64,000 bases of DNA from Chiloscyllium plagiosum. Taxonomy: Eukaryota. Under the pieces are notes generated by a model. The model searched no databases, was not told the DNA's origin, and worked only from the letters and a program-made list of their open reading frames with translations. Location of the stretch: NCBI RefSeq assembly GCF_004010195.1, contig NC_057752.1, forward strand, positions 1,193,036 to 1,257,035, written 5' to 3'. This document shows positions 1 to 12,049 of the stretch, piece after piece (the first letter of the stretch is position 1; every line of letters begins with the position of its first letter). Made by a program: the position numbers and the translations under genes.

Positions 1-317
1 AGCTAGCCTACTTGCTGGACTACAAGTCCGGATCCCATCCCCCTCCCAAATTAGTTGAACCCCCCCCCCCGAAGAGTGCTAACAAACCTACCCCCCAGGA
101 TATTGGTGCCCTTCTGGTTCAGGTGCAACCCGTCCTGCTTGTACAGGTCCACCTTCCCCAGGATGCAGTCCAATTGTCCAAATACCTGAAGCCCTCCCTC
201 CTACACCATCCTTGCAGCCACGTGTTCAACTGCACTCTCTCCCTATTCCTTGCCTCACTGTTACGTGGCACCGGCAACAACCCAGAGATGACGACTCTGT
301 CCGTCCTAGCTTTTAGG
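1..317 (-). mobile_element. CR1 LINE fragment (ORF1 region)
   Basis: Positions ~50-160 are homologous to 8415-8525, which lies just upstream of the CR1 endonuclease region at 6930-8310. Confidence 0.6.
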
Positions 318-439
318 ACTTTTCAGGACTGAAATTTGAAAGCACTTCTACACAAGAAGGGTAGTCAAAGTTTGGAAACTCTCTTTCACAATTTGCAATG
401 GCTTCTACATCAGTTCTTCATTTTCAACCTGGGATTGAT

Positions 440-760
440 CATTATTCTTTCACGGATTGTGGGTGTCACTGGCTATCCCAACATTTATTGCCTATCCCTA
501 ATTGCTGTGGGTCTGGAGTCACATGTAGGCCAGACCAGGTAAGGATGGCAGATTTCCTTCCCTAAAGGTCATTAGTGAACCAGATGTGGTTTTTATGACA
601 ATTGAGAATGGTTGCCATTAGACAAGGTAATTTTTAATTCCAGATTTTCATAGAATTCTCATTCTATCAGGTACCATGGTGGGATTTGAACCTATGGTTC
701 CAGCCCATTAGCCTGGGCCTTTGGATTGGTAGTCCAGTAACATCACCACTACACCACTGA
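440..760 (-). mobile_element. tRNA-headed SINE (family B), degenerate
   Basis: Reverse complement has A-box GTGGTGTAGTGG and B-box GGTTCAAATCC; body matches the copies at 26125, 28545, 33655, 35655 and 43195. Confidence 0.65.
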
Positions 761-1024
761 CCCTTTAAACACACCCCTCCCCGCCCCCCCATTTTGTGCA
801 AATAAGCAAGTCTGCAAATGATGAATGAGACTTCACAAAACTCTAAAATGAACAGTTGCTAGGGCTGAAAAATTAGTGATTCCTGCAGTCAAAAGTGAAG
901 CCAAAGTGTAGAAGAGATAGACATGAGATGGGGAAAACTGGAGGAAGACAGGATAATGTTTTAGCTGTGACGACAATCCTGTGCAAACGTCAGGGAGGGG
1001 ACCTGTCGGCAGAGAAGTCAACTA

Positions 1025-1163
1025 GTAGAAAGTGGGGAACTGCAGATGCTGAAGATCAGAGTCAAGAGTGTGGTGAAGAAGGACTTATGCCAGAAACATT
1101 GATTCTCCTGCTCCTCGGATGCTGCTTGACCTGCTGTGCTTTTCCAGCAACACACTCCCGACA
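1025..1163. mobile_element. Short Penelope-like terminal fragments in inverted arrangement
   Basis: Minus-strand end piece (1025-1074) followed by a plus-strand piece with a degenerate hammerhead motif; matches 10556-10690. Confidence 0.7.
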
Positions 1164-1735
1164 CCCGGAAGAATTTGAAAATTGATGTGTAGATAGGATT
1201 AACAGCCAGTGGTAATGGGCAGGCCCAAGGATGGGAACAGAATCGTGTGAATAGTGTGTGGGTGGTGGAATTTGGAGCTGTTGGAACTTGTGACAGGTGG
1301 AATTCTGGAGGCTGGCCACAAGATCACCAGAGGAACAAGGTTTGGAGATGACAAAAACATTTTAACAGCAGAACAATGTCATAACAGTGAAAGGGGGTGG
1401 TGACCCAAGGGTGGCCTGATTGACACTCAGGTCAGAGTCAAACAGGATACCAAGGCTAACACTATAATGATAGCTTTGAAGAAGCTGCAAGAAGGAAGAA
1501 AGGAATGAGGCGTGTGGAGTACAAAGCAAACGTCAATGGCTTCAGTGAAGATTCTTGTTCATCAGTCTTGTGTAACCATGGAAGATAGGGTTTGTAAGGA
1601 AGGGAATCAAGGCTAATGGAGAAAGGCAGGAAAGTGGAATTGAGGATTATCAGATCAGACATGATCTCATTGAATGGCAGAGCAGGTTCAATGGGCTGAA
1701 TGGCCTACTTTTGCTCCTACGTCTTATGGTCTTAC

Positions 1736-2210
1736 TAAAGACTTGAATTTCCACAGCACCGTTCATGATATCTGCACATTTCGATGTGCTTTCTAGCCAG
1801 TTGAAGCAGATTTGAAATGTAGTCACTCCTGTAATGCAGGAACCACCGGAGCATACCCACTGACCACATGATACCAACACAAAATCGACATACAGCAAGC
1901 TCTCATAAGCAGCAATGTGACAATGGCCGGATCATCTGTTATGGTGGAGGTTGGATGATAGTTGAGGGATAAATATTAGACCAAGGACACTGGAGAGGTT
2001 GCCTGCTCCTCTTCAAAATTGTGCCATGAGATCTCTTAACTGAGAGGCACGGCTTATTTGAATTTCTCATCCAAAAAGTGGTGCCTCTGATATAAAGGCA
2101 TTCTCTCAAGACTGCACTGGGAGTGTCAGCTATACCCTCTGGGGTGCAGGCTTGAATCAGGACCCTCAGATTTAGGGGCAAAAGTGCTTCCAATGAGTCA
2201 CAGCTGACAG
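1736..2210 (-). mobile_element. Ancient SINE (Deu/SacSINE1-like), degenerate
   Basis: Tail aaagacttgaattt...gtagtcact and body are shared with 3205-3565 and 13245-13620; family name is by resemblance only. Confidence 0.45.
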
Positions 2211-2479
2211 CTTGAGATGCTTACTTAAATTACAATCCCCTTTCCTGATCTAATTTGTCCACAAGCCAGATATGATACAGCTCCACTTTAGCAGCTGAAC
2301 TTCATGGTTGTGCTGTGGTTCTGAGCTTGCCTTTGAACAATACCTTTAGGGTATTTGGGGGAAGTGTAGTCAGCTGTCTGTTAAGAAACAGAAGGAAAAT
2401 GATAATAAGCTTGCACTTAATAAAACAGGGCACTATGCTCTGACATGTTTTAACCAGAAGTATACGCACAGTAATCCAA

Positions 2480-2935
2480 GATCACAAACCTAGCTGATTT
2501 CTGAGATGGAGGAGTATGGCTTATGAGGAAAGGTTAAGGAGGTTGGGCCTGTATCCACTGGAGTTTAGGAGAATGACAGGTGAACCTATCCAACACATTA
2601 AAGATCCTGAGAGGGCTTAACATTGTAGATGGTAAGGGGATGTTTCCTCTCATCGGGGAGTCTTGAATTTGGGAAGGCACAGTTTAAAACTTAGAAGTCC
2701 CCCATTTAAGATGGAGATGAGGAATTTCCTCTCTCAGATGGTCTGTGGAATTCTTGTCCCCAGCCGGCAGCGAGCCACTGAATATATTCAAGGCAGAGTT
2801 AGACAGATTTTCTGATTGCCAAGGGAGTCCAGGGTTATGGGGGACCAACAGGAATGGCCACAATTATATCAACTTAATGGTGGAGCAGGCTTGAGGGGCC
2901 AAATGGCCTATTCCTGCTCCTATCTCGTTTGATCT
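2480..2935 (+). mobile_element. CR1 LINE 3' fragment
   Basis: Degenerate C-terminal ORF2 sequence plus the typical tail ggcttgaggggccaaatggcctattcctgctcct. Confidence 0.75.
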
Positions 2936-3204
2936 TATTTTCTTCCATTTGTAAATGTTCATGAACAAAAATGGAGCTTAGGTATAAAGTGGAGGAATCC
3001 CCATCAGTGCTCACAACCAACTGAGTGGCTGACAGTCAGCAAAGGGGACTTCCCACTGCTGAAAGTGATCAGAAATCCATTCACAGACTGGGCCAAGTAT
3101 ATATTGCCCATCTCTCATAGCTCCTTGGGAGGGTGATAGTGAGCTGCCTTCCAGGACCACTGCAGTCCGTGTGCTGTGGGTAGATCCTAATGATGTTAGG
3201 AAAA

Positions 3205-3565
3205 GAAAATACTTGCATTTATATAGCTTTTGACATCTCAAACAGCTAATGAGGTACTTTTGAAGTTAAGTTCCTGTTGCAAGATAGGAAATGCAGTGGT
3301 CAGTCTGTGCTCAGCAAGTTCCTAGGAACAGCAATGTGAGAACAACCAGGTAGGCTGCCGTTTTGTGATCTCAATTGAAGGGTGAATGTTGAACAGCACA
3401 TCAAGGATAATTCCCCCATTCCTCTTTGAAAAAGTGCCACACAATCTTTAGCGTTTGCCAAAGCCAACAGTTGTGTCCTCAGTTGAGCTCAAGCTCCAGA
3501 GTGGGATTTGAACTTTGGCCTTATGGTTTGGAACTAAGAGTGCTACCAACCAAGTCACAGCTGAC
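3205..3565 (-). mobile_element. Ancient SINE (Deu/SacSINE1-like), degenerate
   Basis: Tail acttgcatttatatagc; similar to 1736-2210. Confidence 0.45.
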
Positions 3566-3619
3566 TCTCAGAGAAGAAGGGAGAAGGGTTAGGGAGGGAG
3601 TTCTGAGATTCTGATCCAG

Positions 3620-4870
3620 CAACACTGGCAATATATTTCCAAGTCAGGATGGTGAGTGGCTTGGAAGGGAACTTGCAGGGGGTGGTGTTCCCATGTATCT
3701 GCTGCCCTTGTCATTTGAGATGGAAGTGGTCATGGGTTTAGAAGGTGCTATCTGAGGAGCTTTGATGAGTTGGTGCACAGCATCTTGTATATGGTACACA
3801 CTGCTACTACTTAGCATCAGGGAGTGCATGCTGAAGGTGGGTGCTGAGGCCCCAGTCAAATGGGTTGCCTTATCTTGAATATTGGCGTGGTATCAATGTA
3901 CATTGCCAGGCAAGTGGAGAGCATTTCATCACACTCCTGACCTGTGCCTTGTAGATAGGCACTGAGCAGTCAGGACATGATTTACTCACCATAGTGTTCC
4001 TAGCCTCTGACCTGTTCTGTAGTCTTGGTATTTGTATAGCTGGCCAATTGTGACCACTGGGACCACTAGTTAATGGTGAGGGATGCAGCAATAGTTAAAA
4101 GTTAAGGAAAGATGATTGGATTCTCTGCTGTTGGAGATGCCAATGGAGAATTCCTTTGCCTGGCACTTGTGTGGTGTGAATATTAATTGCCAGTTGTCAG
4201 CTCAAACCTGGATATTGTCCAGAATTGCTGTGAATGGAAATGAACCATTTCATTATCTGAATTGAATTTGGAACTCAATACTGTACAGCCCTTGGTGTAC
4301 ATCCTGACTTCTGACCATATGATAGAGGGAAAGTCATTGATGAAGCTGATGAAAATGGTTGGGCCATGGACACTATCCTGGAGGAACTCCTGCAGCGATG
4401 TCCTGGAGCCGAGATGACTGACCTCCAACAACCACAACATCTTCCTATGTGTCAGGTATGACTCCAACCAGCGGAGAGTTTGACCTCTGATACCCATTGA
4501 TTCCAGTTTTGCTAGGGCTCCTTGATGCCACACTCAATCGAATGCAGCCTTGATGTCAAGGGCTGTCACTCTCCTCTCCCCTCCCCTCTGGAATTCAGCT
4601 CTTCATGGTCCATGTTTGAACCAAGGCTGTAATGAGGTCAGGAGCTGAGTGATCCTGGTGGAACCCAAACTGGCTGTCACTGAGCAGGTTATTGCTGAGC
4701 AGGTGCTGCTTGATAGCACTGTGGATGGCACCTTCCATCACTTTACTGATGATCAAGAGTAGACTGATGGGGCCCTAATTAGTTTGATTTGTCCTGCTTT
4801 TTGTGCATAGGGTATACCTGGGCAATTTTCCACATTGTTGAATAGATGGCAGTGTTGTCGCTGCACTAGA
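3620..4870 (-). mobile_element. CR1-group LINE, reverse transcriptase remnant
   Basis: Minus ORF 4183-4533: WHQGALAKLESMGIRGQTLRWLESYL and (S)VHGPTIFISFINDFP, which are RT motifs, frameshifted. Confidence 0.8.
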
Positions 4871-6456
4871 ACCAGTTCATTTTTTAAGGCTGTATCTTCT
4901 GACATCCCCCCCAAAGCGTTCATATTGCACATGTGGACAGTTCTGCGCATGCACACTTTGTGCTGCCATGTTTGTTACTGGCAGAGTGTTTCACAATGAC
5001 GATGGGCAAACGAGATGGAATGATGTCACAGGCAAGGAGTACTGCACTTGGTTTGCACGTGTATGGAGAGTGGTTTGGGGCTGTGAGCAGGCATTCGCTT
5101 GTTTAATTCAGCCATGGGATGTGGGTGCCAGTATTGCTTGCCTATCTCTAATTGCCTGAAGAAGGTGGTTGTGAGCTGGCTTCTTGACATGCTGCTTGGT
5201 GCAACTAGTTCTGGCATTTGGCAGTTACTAAGGTGTGCGCAGATTCAAAATCATGACATTATTGCCCATGTGTTCCCCAAGTCCTTGACAGTTTCCAGAT
5301 CTGTGTTTAGCTATAGCGAAGAGAGTTCAACTCCAGCAGTTATCTGTGCTGTCGACATCGAAGCTCTTTGGAAATTGCCCTGGTGATAATGAGTCAAAGT
5401 TATTAGAATAGCCACACTAAAGAGTACATAATTGACTGGAAAGTGCTTTGATGTGTAGGTGCCACATAAATGCAAGCTCTTTCTTTAATTGGACTTCTCT
5501 GTTCGGCATGGCTTCTTCACTTAAAAATCAATATCAGAGTGCATCATAATAAAAAGACTTGGAAATGATGGCACTAGTCCAATTTGTCTTGTATACCTCA
5601 ATGTGGAACTGCAATCCAAACCAGCACCATTGTTTCCATGATGCATTATCTTTTCCTGTGGGCATCATGGGCCAGGAGCAGGCAGGCAGGTAGGACTAAT
5701 TTAGTTGGGATTGTGTTTGGCACAGACTGGTTAGACCAAAGGGTCTGTTTCTGTGATATATGATCCTATGACTGTGTGTGTGAGAACCCTCCGATCCAGG
5801 GAATTGGAAGCTGCAGACAAATGGAGAAGATGGCACCCTCGCTCCCAGTCCAGGGAGGAGACGAGGTTTCATCAAGACAGTAAGGAACTTGGTGGAACAG
5901 CAGTACATCTTGCACATTGACATGTTCACAATGTTATGGGTGGTGCAGGCAGATCTTGCAAAGGTGTGCATGGTATGCTGGAATCTTGTTTGGTATGAGT
6001 CCAATCCAATATCTGAGGCATTATTCACTGAACAGGGCGTAGGCCAGCTGTCAGCTCTGTTAGGAAAGGGAGGAATTGTGCATAATTTCCCAACCCACGA
6101 CTGCAGTTCTCACTGCAGCCACGACTGAGGTATACATAGCTTGTTGTTCTTCTGCTGTTGATATCATGATCAGCCATGAGCTCATTGAATGGCGGAGCAG
6201 ACTCAGTGGGCTGATTGGAGGACTGCAGAGCTTAGAGCTGACCAATTGTTTGTGGAATCGCTTGGCTCTATCTATCACTTGCTGCTTGTGCTGTTTAGCA
6301 TGTAAGTAACTCTGTGTTGTAGCTTCACCAGGTTTGTAGAGATGTTACCCTTGACATGCTTCATTCTTCATTGGATCAAGGTTGATGCCATTGCCATCAA
6401 GCCAGGGGAGAGTGGGAGATGTGCAGGAGTACAATTCTGCTGCTGTTAATGGCTAT

Positions 6457-8530
6457 AGAACATAGAACATTACAGTGCAGTACAGTACAGGCCCTTCGGC
6501 AGTCGATGTTTTCACAGGTCAACGCAACAATCTGAAGCCCATGTAACCAACACTATTCTATTTTAGTCGATATGTTTATCCAATGACCATTTAAATGCCC
6601 TTAAAGCTGGCGAGTCTACTACTGTTGCAGGCAGGGCATTCCACGCCCTTAATACACTCTGAATGAAGAACCTACCGCTGACATCTGTCCTACATCTATC
6701 ACCCCTCAATTTAAAGCTATGTCCCCTTGTGCTAGCCATCACCATCCGAGGAAAAAGGCTCTCACTATCCACCCTATCTAATCCTCTGATCATCTTTTAT
6801 GTCTCTATTAAGTCATCTCTTAAACTTCTTCTCTCTAACAAAAACATCAAGTCCCTCAGCCTTTCCTCATAAGATATTCCATCATGGGCCAGGAGCAAGC
6901 AGGCACGTAGACTAACTGACAAAAAAATTTATTTAGCGCATCTCCTATCTCTTCAGATTCCATGCGCAACTTCCCACTACTGTCGTTGACTCGCCCTAAT
7001 TTTACCAGAGTCATTCTTTTATTCTGACATACCTATAGAAGGCTTTAGGGTTTTCCTTGATCCTAATTGCCAAAGACTTCTCATTTCCCTCCTGGCTCTT
7101 AGCTCTCCCTTTAGGTCCTTCCTGGCTAACTTGTAACTCTCAAGCTCCCTAACTGAGCCTTCACATATCATCTTTACATAAGCCTCCTCCTTCCTCTTGA
7201 CAAGAGATTCAACTTCTTTCTTAAACCACGGTTCCTTCGCTTTAACCACTTCCTCCCTGCCTGACAGGTACATACTAATCAAGGACCCGCAGTAGCTGTT
7301 CCTCAAACAAGCTCCACATTTCAAGTGTGTCCATCCCCTGCAGTTTTCTTCCCCATCCTATGCATCCTAAATCTTGCCTAATTGAATCATAATTGCCTTT
7401 CCCACCAGCTATAACTCTTGCCCTGCAGTATATACCTATCCCTTTCCATTGCTAAAGTAAACATAACTGAATTGTGGTCACTATCACCAAAGTGCTCACC
7501 TACCTCCAAATGTAATACCTGGCCTGGTTCATTACCCAGTACCAAACCTAATGTGGCCTTGCCTCTTGTTGGCCTGTCTATATACTGTGTCAGGAAACCC
7601 TCCTGCACACATGGGACAAAAACTGACCCATCTAAAGTACTTGAACTATAGCATTTCCAGTCAATATTTGCAAAGTTAAAATCCCCCATAACAACTACCC
7701 TGTTACTTTCGCTCTTATCCAGTATCACCTTTTCAATCCTTTCCTCTACATCTCTGGAACTTTTCAGGCGCCTATAGAAAATAAGTGGGCGGCACGGTGG
7801 CACAGTTGGGTTTCCTCCGGGTGCTCCAGTTTCCTCCCACAGTCCAAAGATGTGCAGGGTCAGGTGAATTGGCCATGCTAAATTGCCCGTAGTGTTAGGC
7901 AAGGGGTAAATGTATGGGTGGGTTTCACTTCGGCGGGTCGGTGTGGACTTGTTGGGCCGAAGGGCCTGTTTCCACACTGTAATGTAATCTAATCTAATCT
8001 AATCTAAAACTCCCAACAGGGTGACCTCTCCTTTCCTGTTTCTAACCTCAGCCCATACTACCTCAGTGGACGAGTCCTCATCAAACATCCTTTCTGCCAC
8101 TGTAATACTGTCCTTGACTAACAATGCCACACCTCCCCCTCTTTTACCACCTTCCCTGTTCTTACTGAAACATCTGAACCCCTAAACCTGCAACAACCAT
8201 TGCATGTCTGCGAAATGGTCACAACATCCAAGTCCCAGGTACCAACCCATGCTGCAAGTTCATCCACCTTATTCCAGATGCTCCTGGCGTTGAAGTAGAC
8301 ACACTTCAACCCACCTTCCTGCCTGCTGGTACACTCCTGTGACCTTGAAACCTTATTTATGACCTCAGTACTGTCAACCTCCTGTGCACTGGAGCTACAA
8401 TTCAGGCTGCTGAATTAGTTTAAACCCTCCCGAAGAGTAAATTCCCCCCCCACCACCAAAAAGGATATTGGTACCCCTCTGGTTGAGGTGTAGACCATCC
8501 CATTTGATGCGGTCCCACCAACCCCAGTTG
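6457..8530 (-). mobile_element. CR1 LINE, internally deleted: 3' end 6457-6879, APE endonuclease/ORF1 part 6930-8530
   Basis: MKCVYFNARSI..KVDEL, VVVMGDFNF, FLTQYIDRPTR, GDSDHN; 3' part MIRGLDRVD..LFPR..TRGH; interrupted by a SINE at 7782-8005. Confidence 0.9.
7782..8005 (+). mobile_element. HE1-type SINE, internally deleted
   Basis: GGGCGGCACGGTGGCACAG head, ttcctcccacagtccaaagatgtgcagg core, (TAATC)n tail. Confidence 0.85.
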
Positions 8531-9394
8531 TGAGTTACGAGGTCTGTTCAAAGTCTATCCCATTTATCAGACTTCGTCACAGCTAGATACAACCAAGTGC
8601 CTTACTGGGCCATTTTAAGAGCATTCATTGCTGTCAGTCTGGAGTCATGTGTAGGCTAGCCCAGATAAGGACAGCAGATTTCCTTTCTTAAATAACATTG
8701 GTGAAACCAGCTGAGTTTTTACAACAAACAGCAGTGGTTTTACATCTCCTTTCATGGCCTCCTTTCGGAGACTGTGACATACCCTATGATAATATTGTCC
8801 ACATTCTCTGTGTTCTTTCGGTTAAAAACTGTCTAAAGCTTTCTTTCACCTTTCCAATAATGAATAAAAGTTCATTTGAAAGTAAAGAGAGATTCCAATC
8901 AGTTCCCTTTGAAAGCACTGCTCTGAATATTTCCACTCAACTCCAGCAACATGAATTCAAATTCCATACTACAACAGTTTTGTCAAAAACCAGCATGTCA
9001 TCTGACTGGCCACGAGGTATATCACAGGAGCCTTAAGTGCTTTTTCTAAAATACTGTCTGATTGAGTCACACTCACATGCTAACCGTGGTGGGGTGTCGT
9101 TTTCTCCATTTAGATTTCTTTTCTCACAAGACAGTACAGCAAGCAGGATAAAAGACAGCCTTCACTTGTAGGCTTGAGGCTTTGGCGTTCCCTTTCAAAA
9201 TATCTACAGCATGCTTTCCTCCTTTCTAAGACTTAATTCTTTGGTAGATTTTCATTATCTGCCTGAATATCTCCTTACAGTTTTGTTACAAATGCTGTTT
9301 GATAATCCTCCAGTCAAACACTTTAGGAGGTTTGGCTCTATTTAAAGGTGTTTATAGCGGCAAGTAGTTGTTGTCTCAAATTCTACATCTTACC

Positions 9395-9610
9395 AGTTCT
9401 GAAGAACAGCTTCTTCCCCACTACTATCAGACTTTTGATAATTCTGAGGTCTCTCTCTGCACCTTCTCTGCCACTGTAACACTGTATTCTTCACTCTGTT
9501 CTGCTACCCTGATGCACTTTGTATTGTACAATCTGCCTATGAGGCATGCAAAACAACACTTTTCAATGTATCCCAATACATTTGACACCAACAAACCAAA
9601 CAATCAATCA
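9395..9610 (+). mobile_element. Rex1/Babar-like LINE 3' end remnant
   Basis: aacagcttcttcccc...acttttcaatgtatccc..tgacacaacaaa tail resembling the reverse complement of 26617-26680. Confidence 0.45.
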
Positions 9611-10304
9611 CTAGACTCCAAATGTTAACTCTTTTTCTCTTCCCACAGATGCTGCCAGGACCTACTGAGTTTCTCCAACATTCTGTGTGTTTGTTTTAGA
9701 CTTCCAGCATCTGCAGCATTTTGCCTCTGTCCACCCCAGTCCAACACCAGCACCAGCACCTCCACATCATAAGGGAACATAACTATGAACCCTTTATTTC
9801 CTTGTGTCTCCTCATTGTTTCTGCCAAAATATATTACTTCACACTTCTCTGTACAGGCTTCAACTTGGGTCAAGTTATCAAGGAATTGCTGTTCATTCAA
9901 TAAGTAGTAAAACTGAGGCCCCCATATAGCTTGCTTATTCAAATGGATAGTAATAGTCTCAAGGTAATGTTCAAATCAGGCCTCCATCCTTGCTTCAGTG
10001 AACAGATTATCAACAGACTGATTCCCTGTTCATTCATCAGCTTGTTGCATGCAAATTGGTTGGTTGCAATATTGTAGTGCAGTGGTAGTGTCCTTACCCC
10101 TGGACTAGGAAGCCCAGGTTCAAATTCCACATGCTCTAGAGATGTGTAATAACATCTCTGAACAGGTTGATTAGAAAAATAGATTAATGAAAAAAAAAAA
10201 CTGCACTTTAAAAAGTCATTTGATATGGAGAATTTTGGCACATCATGAGCTGTTACACTCTCCATGCTCTGCAATTCAGTGACATCACTGACAAACGTCT
10301 CCAT

Positions 10305-10555
10305 TGGGGTGGCATGGTAGCTCAGTGGTTAGCACTGCTGCCTCACTGCATCAGGGACCTGGGTTCAATTCCAGCCTCAGGCAATTGTCTGTGTGGAGTT
10401 TGCACATTCTCTTTGTGTCTGTGTAGGTTTCCCCTGGGTATTCCAGTCTCCTCCCACAGTCCAAAGATATGCAGGTTAGGTGGATTGGATGCAGTGATGG
10501 GGTGGGAAAGGGTAGGATGCTCTTTAGATAGTCAGTATGGGCTGAATGGCCTGCT
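10305..10555 (+). mobile_element. HE1-type SINE interrupted in its tail by a Penelope-like insertion (tail resumes ~11690-11710)
   Basis: A-box tagctcagtggttagca, B-box gggttcaattcc, HE1 core; tail ccaaactgtaggga follows the insertion. Confidence 0.85.
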
Positions 10556-11292
10556 AGGAGAAAGTGAGGACTGCAGATGCTGGAGACCAGAGTTGAAAAA
10601 TGTGGTGCTGGAAAAACACAGCAGGCCATTCAGCATCCGAGGAGCAGGAGATTCGACGTTTCGGGCATAAGCCCTTCTTCAGGAATGAGGCTGGTGTGCC
10701 AGGCGGGCTGAGATAAAAGGTAGGGGGGAGGGAATTTGGAGGAGGGGCGGTGGGAATACGATAGGTCGAAGGAGGTGAGAGTGAGGGTGATAGGCTGGAA
10801 AGGGGGTGGGGGCGGAGAGGTCGGGAAGAAGATTGCAGGTCGAGAGGGTGGTGCTGAATCCGGGGGTTCAGCACCACCGAAATGAGGAAGCTGGAGAAAT
10901 CTACATTCATCCCGTATGGTTGGAAGGTTCCTAGGGAGAAGATGAGGCGCTCTTCTTCCAGGCATCGTGTGGTCAGGGTCTGGCAATGGAGGAGGCCAAG
11001 GACCTGCATGTCTTTGGCGGAGTGGGAGGGGGAGTTAAAGTGTTCCGCCACGGGACAGTGGGATTGGTTGGTGCGAGTGTCCCAGAGGTGTTCCCTGAAA
11101 CGTTCCGCAAGTAGGCGGCCTGTCTCCCCAATGTAGAGGAAACCACATCGGGTGCAACGGATACAGTAAATGATGTGTGTGGAGGTGCAGGTGAATTTGA
11201 GACGGATATGGAAGGATCCATTGGGGCCTTGGAGGGAGGTGAGGGGGACGGATATAGAAGGATCCATTGAGGCCTTGGAGGGAGATGAGGGG
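10556..11292 (-). mobile_element. Penelope-like element, 3' part with GIY-YIG endonuclease
   Basis: ORF 10554-11267: FTCTSTHIIYCIRCTRCGFLYIGETGRLLAERFREH..PVAEHFN. Confidence 0.92.
10651..10686 (-). ncRNA. Minimal type I hammerhead ribozyme motif (Penelope-associated)
   Basis: Minus strand reads AUUC-CUGAAGA-A-GGGC-UUAU-GCCC-GAAA-CGUC-GAAU: conserved core, 4-bp stem II, 4-bp stem I, GUC site. Confidence 0.7.
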
Positions 11293-11299
11293 CCCCAAT

Positions 11300-11689
11300 G
11301 TCCCTCTACATTGGGGAGACAGGCCGCCTACTTGCGGAACGTTTCAGGGAACACCTCTGGACACCCGCACCAACCAACTCAACCGTCCCGTGGCGGAACA
11401 CTTTAACTCCCCCTCCCACTCCGCCAAGGACATGCAGGTCCTTGGCCTCCTTCATCGCCAGACCCTGACCACATGACGCCTGGAGGAAGAGCGCCTCATC
11501 TTCCGCCTAGGAACCCTCCAACCACACAGGATGAATGTAGATTTCTCCAGCTTCCTCATTTCCCCCTCCCCAAATTCCCTCCCCCCTACCTTTTATCTCA
11601 GCCCGTCTGGCAAACCAGCCTCATTCCTGAAGAAGGGCTTATGCCCGAAACGTCGATTCTCCTGCTCCTCGGATGCTGAATGGCCTGCT
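11300..11689 (+). mobile_element. Penelope-like element, second copy in opposite orientation
   Basis: Near-identical reverse complement of parts of 10620-11140; PVAEHFNSPSHSAKDMQVLGL. Confidence 0.9.
11623..11658 (+). ncRNA. Minimal hammerhead ribozyme motif
   Basis: attc-ctgaaga-a-gggc-ttat-gccc-gaaa-cgtc-gatt (one stem I mismatch). Confidence 0.6.
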
Positions 11690-12049
11690 CCCAAACTGTA
11701 GGGACTCTCTGATATTGTTATCCTTGGCCCAGCTCTTGATCCCTTTGGTACCTTTACCAAGTGAAAACTCTATGAATCCTAGGTTTGGAAGCTGTAACTG
11801 ATGTCTTATGATGGGGAGAGTTCCAGACTTCCATGACCCCTTTGAGTGAAAAAGAGCTTCCTTGGATCTGTTTGTGGCTTGTTGGGTGCCACCCTTGACT
11901 GTGGAGTTAGAACATTATGGGTTCAAGTCCCATCCCAGTGCTGGGGCAATGCCCCACTGTTAGGGGTGCTGTTTCTCACATCTTAAACTGTAGCCCCATC
12001 TGCCTCTCAGGTGGATAGGAAAGATGCCATGAGTATCCTTCAAAGTATT

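Noticed and set aside
5780..6128. Open frame in apparently unique sequence
   Set aside because: No recognisable domain and no convincing splice sites
10305..10380. tRNA gene
   Set aside because: A and B boxes belong to a SINE head that continues into the HE1 body
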